The position numbers and the translations under genes are program-made. Positions 19,840 to 29,144 of a stretch of DNA of 64,000 nt are shown one piece after another. Within the stretch, counting starts at the first letter, position 1; each line of letters starts with the position of its first letter. The DNA is from Candidatus Izemoplasmatales bacterium. GTDB taxonomy: Bacteria; Bacillota_I; Bacilli_A; Izemoplasmatales; Hujiaoplasmataceae. Below the pieces are notes generated by a model. That model saw nothing but the letters and a program-made list of their open reading frames with translations, had not been told where the DNA came from and searched no databases. The stretch spans positions 928,001 to 992,000 of the forward strand of contig JBMNEZ010000001.1 of NCBI GenBank assembly GCA_050949045.1, written 5' to 3'.

Positions 19840-20979
19840 ATGAAAAAAATCCTTATCATACTGGGAATTTTATTTATTGTCGGCTTCGTCTCTGGCTGTC
19901 GCGACATAAATCCCAATCCCGAATACTGTGTCCTCGGCAAGACCGAAGGTGTCTATGTTTGTCAAAAGACCTGGTCCAGTTATTTTGACGCTCCGATTTC
20001 TTTAAAAATCTATCTTTCCCGCGACAATGATCATAACCTCGACAACATCTTCGATGAGACCGAGGCGATTCTCAAGGAATACCATAACTTAATGGACAAG
20101 TACAATCACTACGATGGAGTTGTGAATGTACACTCGATCAACAATAATGGTATGGAACCGTTGGTTATCGGAGACAAGCTCTTCCAAGCGATCAAGTATG
20201 CGCTCAAGCAAGAAGATGCGGTCATGGTTGATGGAGTTTCCCTCTTCAATATTGCTTTGGGACCGATTCTCTCGATCTGGCACAACGCCCGGGAAAGCAC
20301 TGATTGTGAAGATTCTCTAGCCTATTCATATTGTCCGGTTCCCATGGAAGAGATCGCCAATAATCAGGTGTCGACCGATCCCGAAAACATCGTGCTCAAT
20401 GAGGAGAATCTGACAATCCAGTTTTTGAAACCGGACATGGAAATTGATCTTGGTGGCTGCGGGAAAGGCTATGTCGCTGAAATCGTCACCGATCATCTCG
20501 ATCGTTTAGGCATCACCTATATCTTCAATGCCGGCAACAGCAACCTCAAAGCCGGCGGGGTAAACCCAGACCGTTCAGACGGTCTGTTCTACATCGGCCT
20601 GATCCGCCCGACGATCGAATTCACGCTTCAGAATACCTTTTATGCCCATATCAAGATCCCCAGCGGCATGAGCGTCGTCACCAGCGGCAATTATCAACGC
20701 TTCTTCAAAGGCCTTGACGACAAGATAGTCTACCATCACATTATCGATCCTAGGACCAACTATCCTGGAGGCGAGGCGATGAGTGTGACGGTTTTCTATG
20801 AGGACGGCGCCCTCGCAGATATCTATTCGACGGCCATCTATCTCCTGACCATCGACGAAGGCATTGAATTCGTCAATCAGACGCCCGGTCTCGAAGCTGT
20901 CTGGTACAAGAGCGATGGCACCCTTGTTTATTCGGAAAACTTCGAGGACAAATATTTACATTTGCTTCCAGAAGCATAA
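19840..20979 (+). CDS. apbE: FAD:protein FMN transferase lipoprotein (ApbE/FmnB)
   Basis: Lipobox VSGC; IDLGGCGKGY, VTSGNYQR, YHHIIDPRT, ADIYSTA. Confidence 0.92.
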   Translation: MKKILIILGILFIVGFVSGCRDINPNPEYCVLGKTEGVYVCQKTWSSYFDAPISLKIYLSRDNDHNLDNIFDETEAILKEYHNLMDKYNHYDGVVNVHSINNNGMEPLVIGDKLFQAIKYALKQEDAVMVDGVSLFNIALGPILSIWHNARESTDCEDSLAYSYCPVPMEEIANNQVSTDPENIVLNEENLTIQFLKPDMEIDLGGCGKGYVAEIVTDHLDRLGITYIFNAGNSNLKAGGVNPDRSDGLFYIGLIRPTIEFTLQNTFYAHIKIPSGMSVVTSGNYQRFFKGLDDKIVYHHIIDPRTNYPGGEAMSVTVFYEDGALADIYSTAIYLLTIDEGIEFVNQTPGLEAVWYKSDGTLVYSENFEDKYLHLLPEA

Positions 20980-20980
20980 G

Positions 20981-21496
20981 TCATTCTTCCCTTGCCTTCA
21001 ACTGATTCTGGAAAATAAAAATCATTCTTTTAGCAATGATACCGGTAAAAATTCCGGTGGGAATCGCTATCAACATCATATACGGCAAATAGAAAATAAG
21101 CGTTTCGGTGTTCAGTACTACCATTGCCATCAAGATCTGCCCGACCATATGAAAAAGCGATCCGGCAACACTGACGCTGATCAAAGTCAGTTTGGTCAGT
21201 CTTTTGAAAACAACCATTGCGATGAAAGCCAACACTCCTCCCGATAGACTCATCCAGAAAGTTGGCTGAAACAAGCCGCTATAGACCAGGCCGACAAGCA
21301 TGATCCTGATCAAGACGACGATCGCAGCGTCTTTCTCCGAGTAAACGTATAGGATCACCAAGGTGATGATGTTCGCCAGCCCGAGCTTGACGCCGGGGAT
21401 AATGAATAAGGCGACCGAGATAAGCGACTCAACGATGCTTAGGACGACGCTCGCAGCCACCATGATTGCCAGAAAGACGAGTTTTCTCAGTTTCAT
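20981..21496 (-). CDS. Gx transporter / heptaprenyl diphosphate synthase component I family (EetB-like)
   Basis: PGVKLGLANI, SLSGG, HMVGQ motifs; multi-TM. Confidence 0.88.
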   Translation of the reverse strand: MKLRKLVFLAIMVAASVVLSIVESLISVALFIIPGVKLGLANIITLVILYVYSEKDAAIVVLIRIMLVGLVYSGLFQPTFWMSLSGGVLAFIAMVVFKRLTKLTLISVSVAGSLFHMVGQILMAMVVLNTETLIFYLPYMMLIAIPTGIFTGIIAKRMIFIFQNQLKAREE

Positions 21497-21541
21497 GTTT
21501 TCACCATCAATATTGTATCACAATCATAACCGAGAACAAAT

Positions 21542-21570
21542 AAAAGATAGCCATTGCCGGCTATCTTTTT
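21542..21570 (-). terminator. Intrinsic terminator downstream of the DegV gene
   Basis: AAAAGATAGCC-ATTGCC-GGCTATCTTTT. Confidence 0.7.
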
Positions 21571-21650
21571 GTATGCATAGACGTATAAAACAGCAACACT
21601 GCCCAAAACAGGGCCGTGGTGACAGGAGCGCGATTCCCGACCACTGATAG

Positions 21651-22517
21651 TTATTTCGCCTTGGGCCTGTTCAAAACATAAGCGATGGTAATGGCTTTGG
21701 GGCCACAATGGGCGCCAACCGCGGGTGTGAGGATATATTCCTTGATTTCCTTGAGTTCGGGTCTGAGCGACAAGATCCTTTGGCGAATCGCCTCGGCAGT
21801 TTCCGGATTATTGGCATGGATGATGAATGGTTCATAGTCCTTGCCTTCGGTTTCCGCGAGAAACTTGTCGACCATCCGATCGACAGCCTTGGTGAAAGTC
21901 CTAATCTTCTCGGCGGTGACAACCGCACCGTTTTTGTCGATTTCCAGAAGCGGTTTGATTTTTAACAAGCCCGCAATAAAGTTGGCTGCGTTTGAAAGCC
22001 TGCCGTTCTTGACGAGATAGGATAGGTCGTTGACCGCAAAATACACGTGGTTATTGTCGCGAATGAAAGAAAGTTCCTCAATGATCTCATCCATTGACTT
22101 CCCGGCTTTAGCCATCTCATGTGCCGTAAAGGCCATTTTACATTGAAGGTAGCCCACAGTTTTCGAATCGAAGACGGTGACTTTGATCCCCTCGACCATT
22201 TTGGCGGCGATCAGGGCATTCTCATAGATGCCGCTCATTTTTGAGGAAATCGTCACGAACAAGGCTTCATCGCAGCCTTCGTCACGGAGCTTCTCGTATG
22301 CTTCGAGCATGGTTCCTGTTGAAGCCATGGATGTTCTCGGAAACAATGAGGGATCGCTTTCCAGCATTTCATAAAACTGGTTGGCAGTCAGTTCCTCATA
22401 GTCAATATATTCCTTGCCACCCATTAGAATCATCGAACGGATGACTCTGACATCATATTCATGAGGTATGTAATCGATTGCCGCATTCGTGCAAACCAGT
22501 ACACCTAATTTTTTCAT
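21651..22517 (-). CDS. DegV family fatty-acid-binding protein
   Basis: PRTS, ISSKMSG, VFDSK, LVKNGRL, LKIKPLL, AHCGP. Confidence 0.93.
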   Translation of the reverse strand: MKKLGVLVCTNAAIDYIPHEYDVRVIRSMILMGGKEYIDYEELTANQFYEMLESDPSLFPRTSMASTGTMLEAYEKLRDEGCDEALFVTISSKMSGIYENALIAAKMVEGIKVTVFDSKTVGYLQCKMAFTAHEMAKAGKSMDEIIEELSFIRDNNHVYFAVNDLSYLVKNGRLSNAANFIAGLLKIKPLLEIDKNGAVVTAEKIRTFTKAVDRMVDKFLAETEGKDYEPFIIHANNPETAEAIRQRILSLRPELKEIKEYILTPAVGAHCGPKAITIAYVLNRPKAK

Positions 22518-22775
22518 ATCTTAACCTCCGCTCTCCTATGCCTTAATTATAGCCGATGCTTCGAAATTGTCAACCTGTTCACCAATCGTCTTTCGATCGA
22601 TTTTTTTAATAAAAAATCAGTTTTTAGAATGGTTTAATTAAGGGATGATTTACTGTTACTAACTCATTTTTGTAACACTAGCTTTAATCAGGCTGAAAGT
22701 TATCGATAAGAATGCGTTTTTTCGGCTAAAATAAAGTGGCACTTTGATTTAGTCGGAAGTTGTTAAAATTATTAT

Positions 22776-22916
22776 TTACATAAATGACATGTAGAAGACG
22801 TTGCTCTGCTTCTTCAATTTTGTTGCGCTTGCTTCTCCTGATACGATCAGCCTTACGTACTCGAATTTCGCTTCCTTGCTTCAGTATCGATTTGTCCTAT
22901 CTTTCGTTTGTTCTAT
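22776..22916 (-). pseudogene. Decayed IS3/IS150-type transposase OrfA (HTH) fragment
   Basis: Manual translation RTNRY*SKEAKFEYVRLIVSGEASATKL resembles IS150 OrfA N-termini; lies in an AT-rich intergenic gap. Confidence 0.4.
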
Positions 22917-23084
22917 TTGAATTCACTCTCTTCTTGTTTATATTTAACATCTTATTTAACTAAAAAAAATACTAAATCTGACAGAATTGCAAGATTTTAA
23001 AAAGAACAATAAAAAATGTTAATAAACACTGTTCTTTTTGTGTTTACTAACATCTTATCACTTCACTGCTAGCCTTAGTTTCTT

Positions 23085-23507
23085 TCATTTACATATGGAA
23101 ATATTGTTAACTACAAACAATCTGCAGGCGATGCCCATTCCTTTGATCTTGCGGCTGGAAAAGGTCCCGTCGTAGATCTTGGTAAAACCGCAAGACGGCG
23201 AACCATCCTTCAAGCAGGCGATGGTTACACCTTCGCGCTTGATGATCGCCAGCGCCGCCTCCGCTCCTTGTTTGAAAGCTTCGGTGACATCAAAGCCGTT
23301 CTTATTAAAGACTTTGGCAGTCCCCCTTTGAATTTCTGAAGGCAGCCTGGGTATCGGAAGACCTCCCAAAACTTCCGGGCAAATCGGGATTAGCGGCCTG
23401 CCCTTCAATTTCTCAATTAGATCGATGTCTAGCCTTCCTTTTCCGTCATAAGCAGTCATCATGCCAAGCAAACAGGAACTGACGGCCATCTTTTCCTTAA
23501 TTGGCAT
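23085..23507 (-). CDS. DUF523 / 2-thiouracil desulfurase family protein
   Basis: VSSCLLG, YDG, ICPEVLGGLPIPR, LKDGSPSCG, IYDGTF. Confidence 0.9.
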   Translation of the reverse strand: MPIKEKMAVSSCLLGMMTAYDGKGRLDIDLIEKLKGRPLIPICPEVLGGLPIPRLPSEIQRGTAKVFNKNGFDVTEAFKQGAEAALAIIKREGVTIACLKDGSPSCGFTKIYDGTFSSRKIKGMGIACRLFVVNNISICK

Positions 23508-23509
23508 AA

Positions 23510-23761
23510 CTATTCGTAAGAATCAAAATCAATGTTGACGCGTTTGCCGATCCGTGAAGCGGCGGCGTAGGCGATCGTTCTGATCGCGTTCGCGATTTTT
23601 CCGCGCTTGCCGATCACACGGCCCAAATCTTCTTTGTTAACCAAAACTTGGAGCGTGATCGCATCTTCGTCCTCGGAAAACTTCTTCACGAGTAGATCTT
23701 CCGGGAACACAACAAGTGGCGAAACCAACTCTTGGATCAGTTTCTCAAAATTAACTGCCAT
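23510..23761 (-). CDS. khpA: KH-domain RNA-binding protein KhpA
   Basis: DLGRVIGKRGKIANAIR; follows rpsP. Confidence 0.92.
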   Translation of the reverse strand: MAVNFEKLIQELVSPLVVFPEDLLVKKFSEDEDAITLQVLVNKEDLGRVIGKRGKIANAIRTIAYAAASRIGKRVNIDFDSYE

Positions 23762-23775
23762 TTGTCAATACCCCG

Positions 23776-24057
23776 TTATTTGTGTTTCTTTGCTTCTATT
23801 TTTGCTTCAGCATACTGCTTGTTGATGCCGACCTTGGTAAACAAATTCTTGACGGTATCGGTAGGCTGGGCTCCGTTGTGGAGCCACTTGAGCGCCTTGT
23901 CGGTATCGATCTGAATCAAGGCCGGTTCCTTGGTCGGATCGTAAAGACCAACGATCTCAAGATACTTGCCGTCTCTTTTTTTGTTCGCTTCGGCTGCCAC
24001 AATACGATAAAACGGCCGTTTTGTCGTGCCAAATCTCTGCAAGCGGATTTTGACCAT
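23776..24057 (-). CDS. rpsP: 30S ribosomal protein S16
   Basis: [26 protein letters not shown]. Confidence 0.98.
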   Translation of the reverse strand: MVKIRLQRFGTTKRPFYRIVAAEANKKRDGKYLEIVGLYDPTKEPALIQIDTDKALKWLHNGAQPTDTVKNLFTKVGINKQYAEAKIEAKKHK

Positions 24058-24091
24058 ATGTTTTTCCTCCTCTAGTATTCAAAACAAAAAC

Positions 24092-24136
24092 ATTTTAACA
24101 GACTATCCGACATCTGTCAAGGTTTTTTTCTTGACA
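24092..24136 (-). promoter_or_regulatory. rpsP promoter with TGTCAAG/CTTGACA inverted repeat
   Basis: TTGACA-17 bp-TAAAAT on the minus strand; the -35 is one arm of an inverted repeat. Confidence 0.7.
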
Positions 24137-24140
24137 GCAC

Positions 24141-24371
24141 TTATTCTTTGAACGAGAATGCCTCCATGTCGAGAAGCGACTCGTCGACTCGCTTCACCAA
24201 GCGGTTTTTGACCAGTTGTTTTTTGATTTTTTCATACTTATCATAATCGACAAAACCTGTCAAATACCCCGCTTTCGGATTGATATAGCTGATTGTAATC
24301 CCGAGTGCTTCCGCTTCTTTGGCAATCCTTTTGTTTTGGAAATACACGATAATTCCTTTGCGTTTGACCAT
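24141..24371 (-). CDS. YlbG/DUF2129 family protein
   Basis: RKGIIVYF...ISYIN...VKRVDES pattern; ATG 24371 behind AAGGTG. Confidence 0.75.
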   Translation of the reverse strand: MVKRKGIIVYFQNKRIAKEAEALGITISYINPKAGYLTGFVDYDKYEKIKKQLVKNRLVKRVDESLLDMEAFSFKE

Positions 24372-24754
24372 TTGTATCACCTTTTATGATAAACTTGTTT
24401 TTGGTTGGCGGCTCCCAAAGCCTGTCTTCGGCGGCTACGGAAAAGAGCCGCGCCCCTTCATTGATTGACAGCGCCGACGCTCTCATCGACTCTGCCGAAA
24501 AAAGATATGTCCATTTTGATTGATTATACCACAACAACAACTCATTTACTTATTTTTTTCTAATCCCAGCCAAAAAGCCTGACGGTCTCATTTAGCTAAC
24601 TGAGATGTCGGACAAAAAAGATCTCAGCGATTGAAAACGATGTTTTCTATTATAGAAAACAATCAGGTTCGAGCAATCAATTCCCAAAAAATATAAATTC
24701 AATCGCTTGGATATAGGGATTGGATTTGCTATAATTTAATGAGAAGGTGATCAA

Positions 24755-25339
24755 ATGCTATTAATGAAAGATATTATCCAAGACGGGCATCCACTTCTAA
24801 GAAAAAGGGCCGCGGACGTCAAAGTGCCTTTGTCCGAAAAAGATCTGAACACGCTGCGAAAGATGATGACGTTCATCAAGAACAGCCAAGATCCTGAACA
24901 AATCGAAAAATACAAATTACGTCCATCCGTAGGACTGGCCGCTCCGCAAATATCCATATCCAAAAAGATGTTTTGCATCCATACCAAGGATGAACAAGGT
25001 GAAAAACTCTACTCTCTGGCGCTTGTAAACCCGAAGATCATTGCCTTTTCCGAGGAAATGACCTATCTCTCCGGGGGCGAAGGCTGTCTCTCCGTCAATG
25101 AGAATATCACCGGTCTGGTGCCTAGGGCCAAAAGAATCAAAGTTCGCGCCCATGTCGTAGATCTCGAAACCGGAATCAGTACACAGGCAATGTTAAAATT
25201 TTCAGGTTTTGTGAGCATCATTGTCCAGCACGAATACGATCATCTTTTGGGGATCTTGTTTATCGATAAAGTCAAGCCCGGCCTGCCAACCCTCAACCCA
25301 ATCGTCTTTAAAGACGAAACGACAGAGCGAACCGTCTAA
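24755..25339 (+). CDS. def: Peptide deformylase
   Basis: VGLAAPQI, EGCLSV, QHEYDHLLG. Confidence 0.96.
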   Translation: MLLMKDIIQDGHPLLRKRAADVKVPLSEKDLNTLRKMMTFIKNSQDPEQIEKYKLRPSVGLAAPQISISKKMFCIHTKDEQGEKLYSLALVNPKIIAFSEEMTYLSGGEGCLSVNENITGLVPRAKRIKVRAHVVDLETGISTQAMLKFSGFVSIIVQHEYDHLLGILFIDKVKPGLPTLNPIVFKDETTERTV

Positions 25340-26565
25340 GGTTCGCTCTTTTCATTTGAATATAATAGTTGTCTGGCGAATTCTTCGCCAAATTTACGAA
25401 TCTCCATACCTTGTTGCTCGGAAGGATTGAATCTGATCCGAAGTCCTTCCACGATCCGCATCTTGAGTTGGCTGAACCGTTCGCTGATATTCTTGACAGC
25501 CTCGCCGCTCCAGCCATAAGACCCAAAGGCTCCAGCGAGTTTGCCACTGTGGATTTCGGGATTGAGGGATGAGAGAATGTCCCAGATCGGCTTGGGCGCA
25601 TCCCTTAAAATCGTTGTCGAACCAATCAGAAAGGCATCCGCCTTTTCGATTTCGCTTACGATTTCTCCTAACGGAGTAGTGACGGCATCGTACAAGATTA
25701 CATCAAACTTTCCCTGTGAAACTGCTTCGATCCCTTCTTGGATCTTTTCTGCGATTTTTTTCGTATACCCATGGGCGCTCGCATAAGCAATCACCATCTT
25801 CAACCGTCCTGCTTCTTTCTCCTCTGCCCAGCGACGATACAATTCCTTGGCTTCTTCAAGATCTTCTTCATCGAGAACCGGCCCATGGCTTGTCGCAACA
25901 TATCTGAGTTTTAAACCGGAAATAGCATCCAACGCTTTTCTAACGCTTGCCTTGAACGGCGACATGATTGAATCAAAATAGTACTTGAATGACTCATTGA
26001 ATTCCGCTTTGTCTCTGACGTTTTTTAAAAGAACGCCTTCAAAAGCATAGTGAGAACCAAAAAAATCGCAGGTGAAGAGAATATTATCTTCGATTAGATG
26101 TGTGAAAATCGTATCCGGCCAGTGGAGATTGGGCTGAATCATGAACTTCAGGGTCTTGTCTCCGAGCGAAATGGCTAGTTCTTCGGTTGCCCGCACACTC
26201 TTGAAAGGACGATTGACGATTTTCTTGAGATTGGAGAGCCCCGGCCCAGAAGCGATGATTGTGATCTCAGGGTTTAGATCAAGAATCCTCTCTACCGAGC
26301 CCGAATGATCGGGCTCGGTATGGTTGAGAATCAGGTAATCGATTTTAGAAATATCGGTCAATGATTTGATTTTGGCGATGAATTCTTCGCCAAAACTGGC
26401 TTTTGTCGTATCGATCAGCGCTGTTTTTTCACTGCCCTTGATCAGATATGCATTATAGGTAGTCCCGTATTTGGTTTCCATGATGATGTCGAACACGCGC
26501 AAGTCGTAATCATTGACGCCGACCCAAAAGACGTCTTTGACGAGTTCAAAAGTATTGTGTTGCAT
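25336..26565 (-). CDS. fprA: FprA-type flavodiiron protein
   Basis: GTTYNAYL, NHTEPDHSG, LHWPD, CDFFGSH, FGSYGWSGEA; start reset to ATG 26565. Confidence 0.93.
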   Translation of the reverse strand: MQHNTFELVKDVFWVGVNDYDLRVFDIIMETKYGTTYNAYLIKGSEKTALIDTTKASFGEEFIAKIKSLTDISKIDYLILNHTEPDHSGSVERILDLNPEITIIASGPGLSNLKKIVNRPFKSVRATEELAISLGDKTLKFMIQPNLHWPDTIFTHLIEDNILFTCDFFGSHYAFEGVLLKNVRDKAEFNESFKYYFDSIMSPFKASVRKALDAISGLKLRYVATSHGPVLDEEDLEEAKELYRRWAEEKEAGRLKMVIAYASAHGYTKKIAEKIQEGIEAVSQGKFDVILYDAVTTPLGEIVSEIEKADAFLIGSTTILRDAPKPIWDILSSLNPEIHSGKLAGAFGSYGWSGEAVKNISERFSQLKMRIVEGLRIRFNPSEQQGMEIRKFGEEFARQLLYSNEKSEP

Positions 26566-26641
26566 CGTTTTCACCTCGATAGTTATTATACCAAATCCAG
26601 GTGACAAACCCAAAGGATATGCCTATTGGCGACTTATATAA

Positions 26642-27661
26642 TCAATGCTTGGCGAACGGCTTTTTCTCAGGCTTCAAGGTTTTGACCCAAGTGGCAATCA
26701 AATCGATCGCGATGATAGTGCCGATAAAGATCGAAAAGCCGAGAGCGCCCCTGGCGATGGCGGCGGTGATTGTCGCGGCGTCCAACGATAAATAGTTTGC
26801 CGCTTCAGCGATGAAGGCCTGATTGATGAGTCTTTTGGTGTTGATGAAAGCAAGGAATATTCCGGTGGATGCGAGTTGATAGAGAGTATGGAATCCGGCG
26901 ACAAACACTGTCCATTCTTTTTTTACGACTTTGACCGCGGTGTTAGAAAAAGCCATCGCAAGGGCAAAGATAAACAGAGGAATATAAGTTTTCAACACTT
27001 CTTCGGTAAACATCGGCAACGAATGATTCCACCCGCTCACTTCATCGTACCAGACGAGATAAGTCTTATTGTGCCACAAGAGATAGATCAAAATAACACT
27101 CATGATGGTGCCGATGATCAGTTCGATAAGAGCTCCGGTTCTCGAGATCTTTTTATCTGAATCTTTGGGAACCGCGCTCAATTTTTCCGGATTGAAAGTT
27201 TCACCAGTGCTTTTACTTGCACAATTGCTGATGGCTGTAAAGATGAGTGTCACAATAGCAAAGCCCGACAGCATGCCATTCAAAACTCGGGATATCACTT
27301 TGGCAAAAGTCTCGGCGATGATACCGATTACGGTCACGGCTTCAGGATTGATAAGCGTGTCGATCAAAGCAAACACGAAGTTGACGACGCCGAGGATCAC
27401 GAGCACAATCTTGAGAACCATCAAATAATCGCTCATCCATTCGGGAGTAATCAGGCTCCTTTTGTCGCCCCGATACTCAGCTGCCAATTTGCGAGGCTCG
27501 CCCAAACCGACAAGGACGGTTTTGACATCTTCGTCAGTGGGATTGTTTGGCAACATGTCGTTGATGTTGGCCTTAAGTTCAGTGGCCACTTCCACTCTTT
27601 GGTCCTCCGGCAGTCTTTTTGTTACGGCATAAACATATCTTTCGAGCATGTCATTCATCAT
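26642..27661 (-). CDS. PadR-associated membrane protein (HAAS-type N-terminal domain)
   Basis: ERYVYAVTKRLP...LGEPRKLAAEY followed by several TM helices; overlaps padR. Confidence 0.8.
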   Translation of the reverse strand: MMNDMLERYVYAVTKRLPEDQRVEVATELKANINDMLPNNPTDEDVKTVLVGLGEPRKLAAEYRGDKRSLITPEWMSDYLMVLKIVLVILGVVNFVFALIDTLINPEAVTVIGIIAETFAKVISRVLNGMLSGFAIVTLIFTAISNCASKSTGETFNPEKLSAVPKDSDKKISRTGALIELIIGTIMSVILIYLLWHNKTYLVWYDEVSGWNHSLPMFTEEVLKTYIPLFIFALAMAFSNTAVKVVKKEWTVFVAGFHTLYQLASTGIFLAFINTKRLINQAFIAEAANYLSLDAATITAAIARGALGFSIFIGTIIAIDLIATWVKTLKPEKKPFAKH

Positions 27662-27998
27662 TATTTTCTCCTTCTAGCAGGGATGAGATTTCCCTGACAA
27701 TTATTTTCCATTCTTTTTTTAATTGTTTGTAGACCGCTTTTCCAGTTTCACTCAAGGTATAGTATTTGCGCGGACGCGTTTCCGAAATATCCCAATTGCT
27801 GTTGAGGAGTCCTTGCGACTCCAAACGCCGAAGCAGCGGATATAGGGTCCCTGACTCAATACTGATACCTTGATCCACAAGCGACTGCAATAGGGAATAT
27901 CCGTATTGCTCGCTTTTGAGTTGATTGAGCACCGCCAGAATTTGAGTGCCTCGCCTGAGTTCAGTTTTCAAATTTTCTACCAATGTCGTATCTTCCAT
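27651..27998 (-). CDS. PadR family transcriptional regulator
   Basis: ELRRG, YGYSL, GTLYPLLRRLE, RPRKYY. Confidence 0.95.
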   Translation of the reverse strand: MEDTTLVENLKTELRRGTQILAVLNQLKSEQYGYSLLQSLVDQGISIESGTLYPLLRRLESQGLLNSNWDISETRPRKYYTLSETGKAVYKQLKKEWKIIVREISSLLEGENNDE

Positions 27999-28015
27999 CT
28001 TACCACCTCGATGAC

Positions 28016-28045
28016 ATTATACTGTATGTCATACATTATTGTCAA
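28016..28045 (-). promoter_or_regulatory. padR promoter with probable PadR operator in the spacer
   Basis: TTGACA-18 bp-TATAAT; palindrome TGTATG-T-CATACA at 28023-28035. Confidence 0.7.
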
Positions 28046-28329
28046 GAAGAAAATATAATTTTTTTCATATTATTGCATTTTCACTTCTATCTTCTCAATT
28101 ATGTCCGTTGTTTTCACGATTCAATATCTCTTATAAGCAACTTATTTTCTAAAATTAATCCATTAATTTTTATTTTCGAACTAAATATAATCGGCGTAAG
28201 ACAAAAATGCCTTACAGGATAGACTGTAAAGCATATGCTAGTGTAATTAGTTTGTTTTTTAAACAACCATTTAATGAAGATTAACAAATTAATAGAATTA
28301 TATTGTAGCCAATTTTTTGTGTTTTATCA

Positions 28330-28995
28330 TCACCAAATAAATGGAATTATTCTATATTTTACACGTTTCTTATATTCAATATATCCCAAAAGACCTTCTT
28401 CAAGAACTCGCTCTTCATTTATAATCCTGATAACAATTACTAAAATATATGGTAAAAAACAAATAAGCGACCACCAAGAACCAAGGATTATCGGAATCAT
28501 AAAAAACATCCAGAATGTCACGGCATACATTGGATGACGGACAATACCGTAAAGTCCCGTATCAATTACTTTTTGATTTTCTTGAACTTCTACCTTTCTT
28601 GAAAGATAAGCGTTTTCTTTCATAATTAAAGCATACAAGCTATAAGCGATCATAAATATCACGGAAGCAACAACTACTAGCCACAAAGGCACATTTGACC
28701 ATTCAAATCTAAAATCAAGGCCCGCAACAATAAACTCTAAAATAAACAATACACCAGAAATAGCTACAACACCTTTTTGAGTGTTTTCATCTTCTCTTGC
28801 ATCAAGTCTTTTTTCAAGAAGCAAAGGAGCTTTAATATAAAGAATGATCCCCAAAATAAACATAGGAATAAATAAAAGCCCAATGAAGAGCCAGCCATTC
28901 AGATAATTGAAAGTTCCCGCAGGAAGAAACAATAGCAATCCAACAATTGCTAGTCCAATTATATATTTAATGAGTGCCTTAATTATAAGTTTCAT
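28330..28995 (-). CDS. Isoprenylcysteine carboxylmethyltransferase (ICMT/PEMT) family protein
   Basis: VIDTGLYGIVRHPMY, EERVL, Y.KRVKYRIIP; AT-rich. Confidence 0.9.
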   Translation of the reverse strand: MKLIIKALIKYIIGLAIVGLLLFLPAGTFNYLNGWLFIGLLFIPMFILGIILYIKAPLLLEKRLDAREDENTQKGVVAISGVLFILEFIVAGLDFRFEWSNVPLWLVVVASVIFMIAYSLYALIMKENAYLSRKVEVQENQKVIDTGLYGIVRHPMYAVTFWMFFMIPIILGSWWSLICFLPYILVIVIRIINEERVLEEGLLGYIEYKKRVKYRIIPFIW

Positions 28996-29144
28996 TTCGG
29001 ATAGCCTCTACTGTTATCTTAATGTTAAAAATTATAATCATTATTATTTTAACTCCATTCATCATAAACGATTTCCTATTTATAACAATCAAAGATTTGT
29101 TAGTTGTAGGTGACAGAAATTGAACCAAATAATAATTGATATTA

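Noticed and set aside
28050..28330. attR-like duplication of the tRNA-Cys 3' end bounding the Fic islet
   Set aside because: No copy of TGGAGGACCC or a similar stretch found on the far side
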